Program-made: the position numbers and the translations under genes | Notes under the pieces: model-generated | What the model was told of the DNA's origin: nothing | Databases searched by the model: none | The model's input: the letters and a program-made list of their open reading frames with translations, nothing else | Shown here: one piece after another, positions 62,775 through 64,000 of the stretch | Numbering within the stretch: the stretch's first letter is position 1 | How the letters are laid out: every line of letters begins with the position of its first letter | NCBI GenBank assembly: GCA_973895155.1 | Contig: OZ316895.1 | Location: 14,948,816 to 15,012,815 of the forward strand | Direction of reading: 5' to 3' | DNA length: 64,000 nucleotides | From: Marsupella aquatica | Taxonomy: Eukaryota > Plantae > Marchantiophyta

Positions 62775-63045
62775 TGTTATTGCTCATAATGCCTCTTAAC
62801 TGGGCATTTATATCTAGAGGAAAAAATTCATATTGTTCTATCCAAATCTGGATATTGTAAACAGGGCATTGTGGGATATAATGCCCCCCAAAACTCTAGC
62901 TTTTGAGGGGCTATTATTGCCCATAATGTTCTGGTAACAAGACCTTAATACAATTTAAAGGCTAATGGGTCTATTATTGCCCATAATGCTTTGGTAACAG
63001 GACCTTAATACAAATACATTAATTTTAAAGGTCTAATGGGTTTGA
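62775..63045. repeat. Dispersed repeat family copy with a ~61-bp internal tandem duplication
   Basis: CTATTATTGCCCATAATG..TGGTAACA.GACCTTAATACAA occurs twice (~62911, ~62971), with a degenerate third copy at ~62775. It shares the 17-mer with 2380 and 38021 (inverted). Confidence 0.8.
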
Positions 63046-64000
63046 ACTTTTACTAGTTTTAGTAAATATAGAGGAAAATCTTAATGATGATGAGCTGATC
63101 CAAATCTTAGAGAGTGCTTTCTCTCCCATAAAGCCTTGAAAATTAGTTCCTGGACCCCTGACTACTGACGATTAGTTCACGGCTTAGAAGAAATCTTGTT
63201 GAACATTTGACTTCCAATGCTCTCTAATTGGACAACCCAGAAAAGTGATCCCATCACAAATTCCACCCATCCACCCAACAGCAGCAGCTCACTCGGATTC
63301 CAGTGCATAGCCTACATCAAGACTGATTCTATGTAACCTTCGTCTCCTCTCCTTTTTTTCGTTGGCTGCCTCAATACGCTAATGACACCAGATTGACCAC
63401 TGACCAGACCACGACGCTCTGATTGAATTCTACTTGATTGAGCTCCACACTGCGTCTCTCTTCTTGGAGATTTGTGGACTTCAAAATCCACTAATGTCGA
63501 TCACTCTATTGTTCTTTCTGGGCAATTAAACAACCAACTTTCAGAATACTTTGCTTGCCTAGTACCAAATGCAGAGTTGGTTACGGTTGCCACAATTTTG
63601 GCAACAGTTTAAATTGTTGCAAATATTCAAGTATTTATTACTTATCTTATGTTTTTACTTAATAAAAAGAAAAAGTAACTAAAATAGTTATGTCAAATAA
63701 AATTACATTCTGTTTTACCGCATGACTCACTAAATTTTACCCAGAACTTGCCACAAACATGAAAGGAGGAGTTTTTTGTAATTTGGAAACAAGTCTGTTC
63801 TTGTTTGGAGCACGCTCTGATGACATGGTGTGTTGTGGAGTCTCAAATTTTGCAAGGAACCCCTCAATTTTGCAAGGAACCCGTCAACAACTGAAAGAGC
63901 AATAAGATATGAAATAGTCATCAGATGACACAGGTGTGACATACTTTTGACAATCAGGATGCCTACACTTCTTCCCACCTCCTGGTCCGGTTCCATTAAG

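Noticed and set aside
63842-63886. 20-bp tandem duplication (CTCAATTTTGCAAGGAACCC x2), and similar small duplications near 5305/5357, 18990/19100 and 36117/36150
   Set aside because: These are real but ordinary slippage-type duplications in intergenic DNA with no sign of function.

Overview
This is eukaryotic nuclear DNA from a land plant. The spliced GT-AG genes, plant-specific families, compact gene spacing and long leaders suggest a bryophyte such as a liverwort, but that assignment is inference. I reconstructed ten multi-exon genes by hand: the 3' end of a CWF19L1/CwfJ-like gene, violaxanthin de-epoxidase (VDE), CCB2, a single-CRM/YhbY-type protein, RRP6-like exosome nuclease, U11/U12 snRNP 35K, AHL/HAL2-like PAP phosphatase, a P-class PPR protein, a second (CFM9-like) CRM protein, and a DnaJ + GPALPP1/DUF3752 protein. 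The intergenic DNA holds two solo LTRs of one family, each with a perfect 5-bp target-site duplication (TSD). It also holds a 488-bp G-rich non-autonomous DNA element with an 8-bp TSD whose empty site survives in the adjacent repeat unit, two Helitron-like 3' ends, a dispersed repeat family and many local duplications. I found no tRNA, rRNA or CRISPR array. I cannot support a wholly new biological system. The best leads are the atypical G-rich element, possible splice-control features in RRP6, lineage-specific protein extensions, and the concentration of RNA-metabolism genes. All family assignments come from recalled motifs, not database searches.
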